This document shows positions 50,362 to 58,112 of a stretch of 64,000 nt of DNA, one piece after another (position 1 is the first letter of the stretch; each line of letters begins with the position of its first letter). Under the pieces are notes generated by a model. That model ran no database searches, had not been told where the DNA came from, and worked only from the letters and a program-made list of their open reading frames with translations. Where the stretch lies: contig JADHTQ010000004.1 in the NCBI GenBank assembly GCA_016784965.1, positions 17,990 through 81,989 on the forward strand. Reading direction: 5' to 3'. The translations under genes and the position numbers were made by a program. This DNA is from Bacteriovoracaceae bacterium (lineage in GTDB: Bacteria; Bdellovibrionota; Bacteriovoracia; Bacteriovoracales; Bacteriovoracaceae).

Positions 50362-50637
50362 ATGGAAAAAAAAGCAATAAAAATTAAAGTTAATGGAAGA
50401 GTACAAGGGGTTTGTTATCGTCACAATGCGGCCAAGATGGCCAAAAAGTTAGGTATTGTAGGGTATGCCAAAAATTTACCTGATGGGTCCGTTGAGCTTG
50501 TCGCCCAAGGCAATCAGCAAGGTATTACCCAATTTATAAACTGGTGCGGACAAGGTCCTACCATGTCTAAGGTAGATGAGCTGACCCAAGAAGCAATTGT
50601 CGTTGATAATGATTTTATTAACTTTGAAACCTACTAA
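50362..50637 (+). CDS. acyP: acylphosphatase
   Basis: VNGRVQGVCYRHNAAKMAKKLGIVGYAKNLPDGSVE matches the V-x-G-x-V-Q-G-V-x-F-R acylphosphatase signature. 91 aa. Confidence 0.85.
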   Translation: MEKKAIKIKVNGRVQGVCYRHNAAKMAKKLGIVGYAKNLPDGSVELVAQGNQQGITQFINWCGQGPTMSKVDELTQEAIVVDNDFINFETY

Positions 50638-50712
50638 TTAACCTTTGACATTCAAGAAGTAGTGGGCCATACCGTTTTTACCTACAATTTATTTTAGGAG
50701 GTCTACTTAAAG

Positions 50713-51201
50713 ATGACTACCACACAGAGTAATGTCCCCAAACTACATCACGAAAAATTACAATCACTTATTACACAAAAGTCAGCATTATTTGATTTTA
50801 ATGAAAGCTTCATTGCTCAAGTCAATGAAGATGTACAAGTGCTAGACTCATACCTTCGATCCAAAACTGTCACCACCCAATGGTCAATTAGTGATTGGTA
50901 CAAACTGTTTTCAAAAAGTGTAATCCCTGATGACGTCATTATTTTTAATGATAAGCACACTCTCGAAGTTGCCCTTTGGAAGGAAGATGAAAAGAGTAAA
51001 ACTCTTCAGTTAACCTGGTGTCGAGCAAAAATTCAGTGGGACGCCAGCTGTTCTAGTAAATTCATATATACTGTGCAAGAAAGTGGTCCTTTGATAAGTG
51101 CTCCAATCGCTGTAAAAACCAAGCTATATAAACAGCTCCCCATCTTGTTGGAGTTTCTCTCAGAAAAAATCGCTAATAATACTGGTTATTTAGAACAATA
51201 A
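50713..51201 (+). CDS. hypothetical protein
   Basis: 162-aa ORF with AGGAGG RBS. No signal peptide and no motif recognised. Confidence 0.45.
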   Translation: MTTTQSNVPKLHHEKLQSLITQKSALFDFNESFIAQVNEDVQVLDSYLRSKTVTTQWSISDWYKLFSKSVIPDDVIIFNDKHTLEVALWKEDEKSKTLQLTWCRAKIQWDASCSSKFIYTVQESGPLISAPIAVKTKLYKQLPILLEFLSEKIANNTGYLEQ

Positions 51202-51406
51202 TTGGGGTCAATATGACACTAAATTTATAGTTTTTTACTACTAAAATATTACTAATCATTGTAATTAATACAAATACTTGAAAATTCCATCCGATACATT
51301 GACAAGTTATGTTGCGAGTGCAAAAGTCGCTCAATTATTTCTTCAGCATCTTTAATGGATTGCTGAGCAGATAAACTTTCAACATAACTTTTTAAGGAGA
51401 ATAAAA

Positions 51407-51634
51407 ATGGCAAAACAAGTTAGATTACTAAAATGTAAAATTGGAAAACCTTTCAGTGAGATCACTACAAGGTATGCAGTTGTTAGACCAAGCTCACTTC
51501 CAGACATGGTCACTCGTTATGGAATTATGCCTATGCCACCAAGGCCCTCATCAAACACTGTAAAAGTGGGAAGAACTTATAACATTGAATGTGAAAATGT
51601 CTTTACAAGAGACACTTACAGTGATGAAGAATAG
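51407..51634 (+). CDS. 75-aa candidate RiPP precursor peptide
   Basis: Strong RBS (AAGGAG 7 nt before the ATG). Lies immediately upstream of the radical SAM/SPASM gene. Internal duplicated motif TRYAVV-RPSS / TRYGIMPMPP-RPSS. Acidic C-terminal tail. Confidence 0.5.
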   Translation: MAKQVRLLKCKIGKPFSEITTRYAVVRPSSLPDMVTRYGIMPMPPRPSSNTVKVGRTYNIECENVFTRDTYSDEE

Positions 51635-51681
51635 GTCATAAAAATCTTTTACATATCTTAATTGATATGTAGTATAAATTA

Positions 51682-51722
51682 GGGTCAGGTTTGTTTTTTA
51701 AAAAGACAAATTTGGCCCTTTT
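51682..51722 (+). terminator. hairpin plus short T-run between precursor candidate and maturase (possible attenuating terminator)
   Basis: GGGUCAGGUUUGU (51682-51694) pairs with ACAAAUUUGGCCC (51706-51718): 13 bp including three G-U pairs and an 11-nt loop, followed by TTTT. A second 8-bp hairpin, TACATATC/GATATGTA, lies just upstream. Confidence 0.4.
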
Positions 51723-51748
51723 AAATTAAGTTAAGGGAAGGGAATGTC

Positions 51749-52837
51749 ATGGTCTCACAAATATCGAAACTATATAAGCCAGACTTTAAACCGTCTGAAC
51801 TACCACCTGAATATACCCCAAGGTCCGTGGTTTTAGAGACCACTTTTGCCTGCAATATGAGGTGCCGCCATTGTGGGACTTCGTGTGGTGATATTAAAAC
51901 TGATGAGTTATCTCTAACAGAACACTTACAGTTAGCTAGTGAGCTGGCGTCTCTGGGTACCAAAGAAATATTTCTTTCTGGTGGAGAAGCATTGATGAAT
52001 CCCGACTGGATCACAATCGCCAATAAGTACGACGAGCTTGGAGTTCGCGTAGTTTTGCTATCTAATGGACTCTTAATTCCAAAAAATATTGAGGCAATTA
52101 AAAAGGCCCCTTTAGATCAAATTGCTATCAGCATTGATGGAATGGAAAAGACCCATGACCATATAAGAAAAGTTAAAGGCTCTTTTAAAAAATGCCTAGA
52201 AGCAATCACACTGATTGAAAAACAAACATCAATTAATACCTCAGTCATAACCACAGTATCAAAGTGGAATATCTCTGAGCTAGAAGATCTATATCAGGCG
52301 TTAATTGCTGTAGATAATCGTTTATGGCAACTACAAAGAGTCTTCCCCACCGGTAGAATGGATAAAGATTTCATTTTAGATTTTGATGATATTGAAAAGC
52401 TTCACAAATTTATCCATGATAAAAGACAAAATCAGTCTAAAATGATTATCACTGCTGCTTGTGATGCAACGCCGTTTTCTAAGTACAATACCAGGGATAT
52501 TGGCGACCAATATATGGGGTGTCCTGCAGGACTTGTCTGTTTGGGAATTGAGGCAAATGGCAACGTTAAAGGCTGCTTGACTCAATCTGAAGAATTTATA
52601 GAAGGAAATGTACGAAAGAAGGGGTTAACTGAAATTTGGAATAACCCTTATAATTTTGCATATAATCGTTTTTTTCACGACGATAAAGTAAAAAAGGGGT
52701 GTGTTGGTTGCGCTTATCTTGAAGATTGTCGTTGCGGTTGTGCCATCCAAGCATTTGCTGAGTCTGGTGACCGCTATGATCAGCTATTTTGTCTAAACTC
52801 ACAATATTTCAAAGACTATAATGAACAAAATAAATGA
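51749..52837 (+). CDS. radical SAM enzyme with C-terminal SPASM domain (peptide-modifying maturase-like)
   Basis: CNMRCRHC (CX3CX2C) near the N-terminus. C-terminal Cys-rich region GCPAGLVCLGIEANGNVKGC...GCVGCAYLEDCRCGCA is typical of SPASM auxiliary clusters. 362 aa. Confidence 0.8.
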   Translation: MVSQISKLYKPDFKPSELPPEYTPRSVVLETTFACNMRCRHCGTSCGDIKTDELSLTEHLQLASELASLGTKEIFLSGGEALMNPDWITIANKYDELGVRVVLLSNGLLIPKNIEAIKKAPLDQIAISIDGMEKTHDHIRKVKGSFKKCLEAITLIEKQTSINTSVITTVSKWNISELEDLYQALIAVDNRLWQLQRVFPTGRMDKDFILDFDDIEKLHKFIHDKRQNQSKMIITAACDATPFSKYNTRDIGDQYMGCPAGLVCLGIEANGNVKGCLTQSEEFIEGNVRKKGLTEIWNNPYNFAYNRFFHDDKVKKGCVGCAYLEDCRCGCAIQAFAESGDRYDQLFCLNSQYFKDYNEQNK

Positions 52838-54953
52838 TGAAAAACGATATTCATATGCTTATTTACTAAAATATTTCTACTCATTTGTAAAAAAATACAT
52901 CTTACAAGAATTTGCCGTTACACTCTTAATTGGACTAAGTATCACCGTTAATATCGGCATTCCTCTTATCAATAAAACCTTGGTAGATGATGCTATTATT
53001 GCCAAAGATCTATCTCTGCTTTTTAATATCTTATATATCTACATCGGTATCATTTTGGGGGGACAGCTAATTAACGTCACTATGGAGTACTTGCAAAACA
53101 GTGTGCAAGAGAAGATCTCCATGGATATTTATAAAATGCTGTTTAAAAAAATGCTTAGTATGAAGATGCTACCTCTTAACAACTTTTCCAACACAGAGAT
53201 AGTTAATCGCTTTATCATGGATGCAGATGCCATCAAATCTTTAATCGCTGACTTTTTTATTACGGTACTCACCCAAATAATTTATTTTTTGGGTATCCTG
53301 GTGGTGATGCTGTCGCTTTCATGGAAGCTAACTATACTGGCATTAATTCCAGTCCCCATTTACCTGGTCACTTTTTTATTCTTTAATAAAAAGATCAGAG
53401 TTATTTCTAGGCTCCTTCGCAATAAGTTTGATAACTTAACCCAATTTATTAATGAGAGTTTTTTGGGGTCTACTGAGATAAGAATTTCAGGTAGCACCAA
53501 TTTTGTGTATTCAAAGTTTCAAGATAAAATCCTCTCTATTTTCAATGTGGCAATGAAAAGTGTCGTCCAAAGTAATGCCATTTCAGTAGTCATAGGTCTT
53601 ATAACCGCTTCGGGCAACTTGATTTTATGGTTTTATGGAGGATATTTAGTTATCGAAGGCCAGCTAAGCTTGGGCACCCTCTTTGCGCTTTCTGCTTATA
53701 TCGGTCAATTATACGATCCCATAAATATCTTGGCAGGTAGAAATTTTAAAATTCAATCTTCAATCTTTGCCATCGAGCGAATCCATGATTTTTTAAACCA
53801 ACCCCAGGAGCCCCTTTGGGATCAAAGCGAGTCTAAATATGAAAAAGGCTTTAGGGATTCTATCAAAGTATCAGGACTATCATTTAATTACCCAGAATCA
53901 ACTGATCTTGTAATCGATAATAAATCATTTGAGATAAATAAGGGTGATCGAATTTTGTTAACCGGTGCTAATGGATCGGGCAAGTCTACATTCATCAATA
54001 TTTTACTTCGCTTATATGATCACCAGCTAGGTGTAATTAAAATTGATAACACAAACATCCAACAAATTCCCATCCAGCAGTATAGAAGCCTATTTGCTTA
54101 TGTGCCTCAACACCCCTTTTTATTTGAAGGAACTGCTACCAGTAACATCTCGATGTTAGATACAAACGCTAACTTAAACAATTTTAAAAAATTCTTATCT
54201 AGGCTGCCTTTTTTAGACTTCTTCTCTAAAAAAAGTGGTCCCTATTCGGTCAGCAACAATGGCAACAACTTATCAGGTGGACAAAAGCAAAAGCTCAGCC
54301 TACTTAGATCTCTATACAAAGATGCACCAATAATCATTATAGATGAAGGGACTTCCAATATTGATGCCGAGTCTCTTTCTAAATTTGATCAATTTATTGA
54401 AAATAATTTGCAAGACAAAACTATCATCAGGGTTTCCCATAACCAAAATGAACATCTAAAAAATTATAAATTTATCCATTTTGACCGCATCATGCCCCAA
54501 GTATATCAAGATAAAATTATAAAATTAATACAAGAAAATAAACTAGACAGTGCAAAAGAGGCAATTGAGTCCCTGTTAAAGCATTATCAAGACATCAATT
54601 TATTTAAAAACTTGGCCTTTATAAAGTATATGCAAGGCAATTTCTCTGAATGCCTTACACTTAATCAAAAGGCATTACAAATTGATCCCGGTGATGTCTA
54701 CGCCACCAAGGGGCTAGGTCTGGCCTTCGCTAAACTGGGAGACTTAGAAAAAGGAATAGAGCATTTAAAGTCGGCCCAAACCCTTGATTCGACATACTTT
54801 GATCCATTTTACGACATGGCCGTAATATACTACGAAAATGGACAATTTGAAAATGCCTTAAAAACACTAAAGTTGACTCCTGTTAGCTCAAATGAGGAGC
54901 GGGACTTAGTTGCAAACTTTATCCAGAGTATAAAAAAAGATGACAAGATATAA
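52821..54953 (+). CDS. ABC exporter (fused TMD-NBD) with C-terminal TPR extension
   Basis: Six predicted TM helices, Walker A GANGSGKST, signature LSGGQKQKLSLLRSL and Walker B IIIIDEGTS. A ~150-aa TPR-like tail follows (FKNLAFIKYMQGNFSECLTLNQKALQIDP...). No N-terminal C39 peptidase domain. Overlaps the rSAM gene by 17 nt. Confidence 0.8.
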   Translation: MNKINDEKRYSYAYLLKYFYSFVKKYILQEFAVTLLIGLSITVNIGIPLINKTLVDDAIIAKDLSLLFNILYIYIGIILGGQLINVTMEYLQNSVQEKISMDIYKMLFKKMLSMKMLPLNNFSNTEIVNRFIMDADAIKSLIADFFITVLTQIIYFLGILVVMLSLSWKLTILALIPVPIYLVTFLFFNKKIRVISRLLRNKFDNLTQFINESFLGSTEIRISGSTNFVYSKFQDKILSIFNVAMKSVVQSNAISVVIGLITASGNLILWFYGGYLVIEGQLSLGTLFALSAYIGQLYDPINILAGRNFKIQSSIFAIERIHDFLNQPQEPLWDQSESKYEKGFRDSIKVSGLSFNYPESTDLVIDNKSFEINKGDRILLTGANGSGKSTFINILLRLYDHQLGVIKIDNTNIQQIPIQQYRSLFAYVPQHPFLFEGTATSNISMLDTNANLNNFKKFLSRLPFLDFFSKKSGPYSVSNNGNNLSGGQKQKLSLLRSLYKDAPIIIIDEGTSNIDAESLSKFDQFIENNLQDKTIIRVSHNQNEHLKNYKFIHFDRIMPQVYQDKIIKLIQENKLDSAKEAIESLLKHYQDINLFKNLAFIKYMQGNFSECLTLNQKALQIDPGDVYATKGLGLAFAKLGDLEKGIEHLKSAQTLDSTYFDPFYDMAVIYYENGQFENALKTLKLTPVSSNEERDLVANFIQSIKKDDKI

Positions 54954-55878
54954 CTTTATAACCTTACTTACAATAGCTACTTTTTTAATCAACACAAGCG
55001 CTACTGCTCTTAACATTACCCTCGACCACAATTTATCTGCCAAACTTGAGGCGGGATATCTCTATCAAAAAAGCTCTAAGACCTCTAAGTTTTTTTTACA
55101 AAGGTTCTATTTGGGCCAAAATTTATTTATTGATCAACAAAGTAAAATCAAGCTTGGAGCAGACCTATATGCTGATAACTATCAAAGTAGTTCCAAGCAG
55201 TTTAAGCTCATCTACGGCTACTATGAAAAAAAACTTTCATCTATTTCAAAAAGTAAATTTAGGATTGGTTTGCTACAAACCCCATGGATTAGCTGGATGG
55301 ATAATTTCTGGGGTAATCAAGTCATCTCAAGTTCGACCCTTTTGCAAATGCAGCACACTCACAGTCAAGTAGACACGCTACCTGAAAAAAGTGAAGTAGG
55401 ACTTTCTTTTGAACAATGGAAAAATAAATTTAATTACTACTTAAGTGTTACTAACAAACTAGATGCCTTAGATCCTACATTTTCTTTTAGAATGGGTTAT
55501 TTTCCCTACGTAAATGAGAAATCACTTAGTAAAAATAGCATCCTTGTATACAGCAGATTAAGTACCAACAGACAAGTTGAATCCAATATTGTTGGAGGTG
55601 TGATCTCCACTGGGTACCAAGATACTTTTCACCTCTACTTTGAGTCAATGTACTTCTTTTTGCCCAAAATTCACTCAAGTGGTATCTACCTAAATGTCAA
55701 GTTACTAGATGAGCTCTACAGTTTTTTTAGATATGTATATAATGATGATAACCTGAACCTCGATTCATCTAATGTTTTTGATATGGGCTTTAAGTATAAA
55801 TTAGACAAATCAACGACGCTATTTCTTTCTTTGGCGAATAGATCCGCCTGGTCCCTCTTTCTAACAGCAAAATTTTAA
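54940..55878 (+). CDS. outer-membrane beta-barrel (porin-like) protein
   Basis: Signal peptide (ITLLTIATFLINTSATA), alternating beta-like segments and a terminal Phe (LFLTAKF). Overlaps the ABC gene by 14 nt. Confidence 0.5.
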   Translation: MTRYNFITLLTIATFLINTSATALNITLDHNLSAKLEAGYLYQKSSKTSKFFLQRFYLGQNLFIDQQSKIKLGADLYADNYQSSSKQFKLIYGYYEKKLSSISKSKFRIGLLQTPWISWMDNFWGNQVISSSTLLQMQHTHSQVDTLPEKSEVGLSFEQWKNKFNYYLSVTNKLDALDPTFSFRMGYFPYVNEKSLSKNSILVYSRLSTNRQVESNIVGGVISTGYQDTFHLYFESMYFFLPKIHSSGIYLNVKLLDELYSFFRYVYNDDNLNLDSSNVFDMGFKYKLDKSTTLFLSLANRSAWSLFLTAKF

Positions 55879-55882
55879 AAAT

Positions 55883-57043
55883 TTAGATCCAGACTCCGGG
55901 TATCTGCTCGCCACAGGAGCACTTGCCACCTTGTAATAAATTATTTTGGATACTATATCCATTTCTTTTAATTACATGGGTTTTGCATTTTGGGCAGATT
56001 GTATCTTGATAGTCACTACCTGGGACATTTCCTACATAAACAAAATGAAGGCCTGCAACTTTGGCCACTCTGTAGGCTTCCTCTAAAAGGGGGATCGGGG
56101 TAGAAGGAAGATAGCGCAAATTGTACGCTGGATGAAATCGAGAAAAATGCAGTGGCACATCCCTGCCTAAATTTTCTACAATCCACTTACACATCTGCTC
56201 TATATCTTTTAAATCATCTGAGTGGTGGGGAACAACTAACCTGGTGATCTCTATCCAAACATCATTTTGTCGCATAATCTCAAGGCCCTTTAAAACTGGG
56301 GCAAGCTGAGCATTGGTCATTTTTTTATAAAAAGAATTACTAAAACTTTTTAAATCTACATTGGCGGCATCAATTGATTTACATAACTGCTTTAAGGGTG
56401 ACTCGTTTATATATCCCGCTGTTACTAACACATTTTTAACATTATTGTTTTTGGCCACAAGGGCCGTATCTTCTACATATTCATAAAAAATTATGGGCTC
56501 TGAGTAGGTATAGGCAATTGAAGTAAGTTTTTTCGCTTTTGTTAGCTCCACTACCTTTTGTGGCATTAGGTCCATATTTGTAGTTTCGCCTGGACGAGAT
56601 TGAGATATTTCCCAGTTTTGACAGTTTGAGCAGCGCAAATTACAACCGGCAGTGGCCAAGGATAAAATACCTGTTCCGGGTAAAAAATGATAAAGGGGCT
56701 TTTTTTCTATGGGATCAATGTGCAAGGCACAGGGGTTACCATAGGCCACAGTATACAACTGATTATTTTTAACTACCCTTGTTCGACAAAAACCTCGATC
56801 ATTTTCGGCCAATATGCATTGATGAGGACATAAACTACATTCCACCATACCACCAACACTACTTTGCCATAGGGCCTTTTTAGACCACTTCCACAAATTT
56901 GCTGGTGCATCGTTATAAAACCCTACTCTGAGCCCATAACGATTATTTCCAGTTATTATGTCATTGATCGTATAAGCGCCTAAAGCTGTGCCACCTGTGG
57001 CTATGATGAACTTTTTTAAAAATGTTCGTCTGGTGACTGACAA
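55883..57043 (-). CDS. AmmeMemoRadiSam-type (PflA-like) radical SAM enzyme carrying an N-terminal twin-arginine signal
   Basis: CSLCPHQCILAENDRGFCRTR, CNLRCSNCQNWEIS (CX3CX2C) and C-terminal CPKC...CSCGEQIPGVW match that family's pattern. The N-terminus (M)SVTRRTFLKKFIIATGGTALGAYT fits the (S/T)RRxFLK Tat consensus. TTG start 7 nt after AAGGAA. Confidence 0.7.
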   Translation of the reverse strand: MSVTRRTFLKKFIIATGGTALGAYTINDIITGNNRYGLRVGFYNDAPANLWKWSKKALWQSSVGGMVECSLCPHQCILAENDRGFCRTRVVKNNQLYTVAYGNPCALHIDPIEKKPLYHFLPGTGILSLATAGCNLRCSNCQNWEISQSRPGETTNMDLMPQKVVELTKAKKLTSIAYTYSEPIIFYEYVEDTALVAKNNNVKNVLVTAGYINESPLKQLCKSIDAANVDLKSFSNSFYKKMTNAQLAPVLKGLEIMRQNDVWIEITRLVVPHHSDDLKDIEQMCKWIVENLGRDVPLHFSRFHPAYNLRYLPSTPIPLLEEAYRVAKVAGLHFVYVGNVPGSDYQDTICPKCKTHVIKRNGYSIQNNLLQGGKCSCGEQIPGVWI

Positions 57044-57121
57044 GATTTCATTCCTTAAAAAAGGTTGGAATCATTTATTCTATCATGAAAACTTGTCTTG
57101 TCATTATTTGCAAGAAGGTAT

Positions 57122-58099
57122 TTAGAAGGCTTTTTTGATCACATTGTCTCGAATGGGGATTGGATCTTGCAAATATTGGTTCAGGGCAGAAACTAGCTTT
57201 TCAATGCTTTCTGATTGTCCCTGTAGAGATCTTACAAGATGTGACATATTTACTACGCCACCTTTATCTTTTGCATGATACCCAACTTTATCCCACAAGG
57301 CCTTAAGGCACTCTTCAAAATCCTCAATGGTTTGGTCTTGCAAGGCATCCGTTGCAAAAAATCCATTTAGTAAGGTTAACACTATAGAGAAAGTAATACC
57401 TACAATACTTGAGTTTAGGGCAAAAGAAATTTGGGTTAAAAAACTTGCAATTACCTCTTTGGCCGATCCCGGATCACCAACTAAGTCAAGTCCGCCAATA
57501 ATGGGCAGAGCACCCATCATTCCCAAAAATGTTCCAAGAATACCAAACACAATCATCAGGCCTGGAATAATTTGTAAAAAGCGACTAAGTGAAGGAATTG
57601 GAAGTATTCCAAATAAAACATTACTATTATTTGATTGCGAAAATATTCTGTGGGAAAACTCTTCAAAATTTGGAGTTCCATCACTTTGGCTGTACAATTC
57701 TTTATGGTGAACATCTTGCACTAGTTCATACAAGCTTATATCATATTTAAAAATAACATCCAACCTAGTCCTACTTTTATCAAACCTTCTGTGTTGATGA
57801 GCTCTTCTTTTGGTTACATACGAATCAAGTGCCTTATCACAAACCTTGTGTACAACCTCTTTATACCTATCGATTATTGACTCATTGTCATGTATATCAT
57901 CTTCTAAGGTTCCCTCTTTGTTGTAATAGTCCATTTCCTTTTTAATAAATACGACAAACCTATTATCGATCTTAAAGCTTTGTTTAATTAACACTTTAAG
58001 GATTATTGAGACAAAAAAGACCACTATCATAGCAGGGACTAAGTTGTTCATGAGACCTAGAACATAAATATTATAAATTTCGCGAAAAATATTTTCCAT
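57122..58099 (-). CDS. MotA/TolQ/ExbB-family proton-channel protein (3-TM ExbB-like topology)
   Basis: IIPGLMIVFGILGTFLGMMGAL carries the family G-x-L-G-T-x-x-GM motif. A second C-terminal TM pair partner is ISFALNSSIVGITFSIVLTLLNG. One N-terminal TM helix and a ~130-aa loop. RBS GAGG lies 13 nt after the upstream stop. Confidence 0.7.
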   Translation of the reverse strand: MENIFREIYNIYVLGLMNNLVPAMIVVFFVSIILKVLIKQSFKIDNRFVVFIKKEMDYYNKEGTLEDDIHDNESIIDRYKEVVHKVCDKALDSYVTKRRAHQHRRFDKSRTRLDVIFKYDISLYELVQDVHHKELYSQSDGTPNFEEFSHRIFSQSNNSNVLFGILPIPSLSRFLQIIPGLMIVFGILGTFLGMMGALPIIGGLDLVGDPGSAKEVIASFLTQISFALNSSIVGITFSIVLTLLNGFFATDALQDQTIEDFEECLKALWDKVGYHAKDKGGVVNMSHLVRSLQGQSESIEKLVSALNQYLQDPIPIRDNVIKKAF

Positions 58100-58112
58100 C
58101 TCTATTACCTCA

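Noticed and set aside
51749-52837. Anaerobic sulfatase-maturating enzyme (anSME), functionally linked to the FGE-type domain of the giant protein
   Set aside because: No sulfatase gene is present, and the FGE-like domain lies 38 kb away. The immediate context (small ORF, exporter) fits a peptide maturase better. A family-level HMM search is needed to exclude anSME formally.
55046-55372. 108-aa ORF in an alternative plus-strand frame
   Set aside because: It lies wholly inside the porin-like gene at 54940..55878, which has a signal peptide, a C-terminal Phe and coupling to the ABC gene.
57327-57710. 127-aa plus-strand ORF inside the MotA/ExbB-like gene
   Set aside because: It is antisense to the frame that carries the family GILGTFLGM motif, and it has no RBS.
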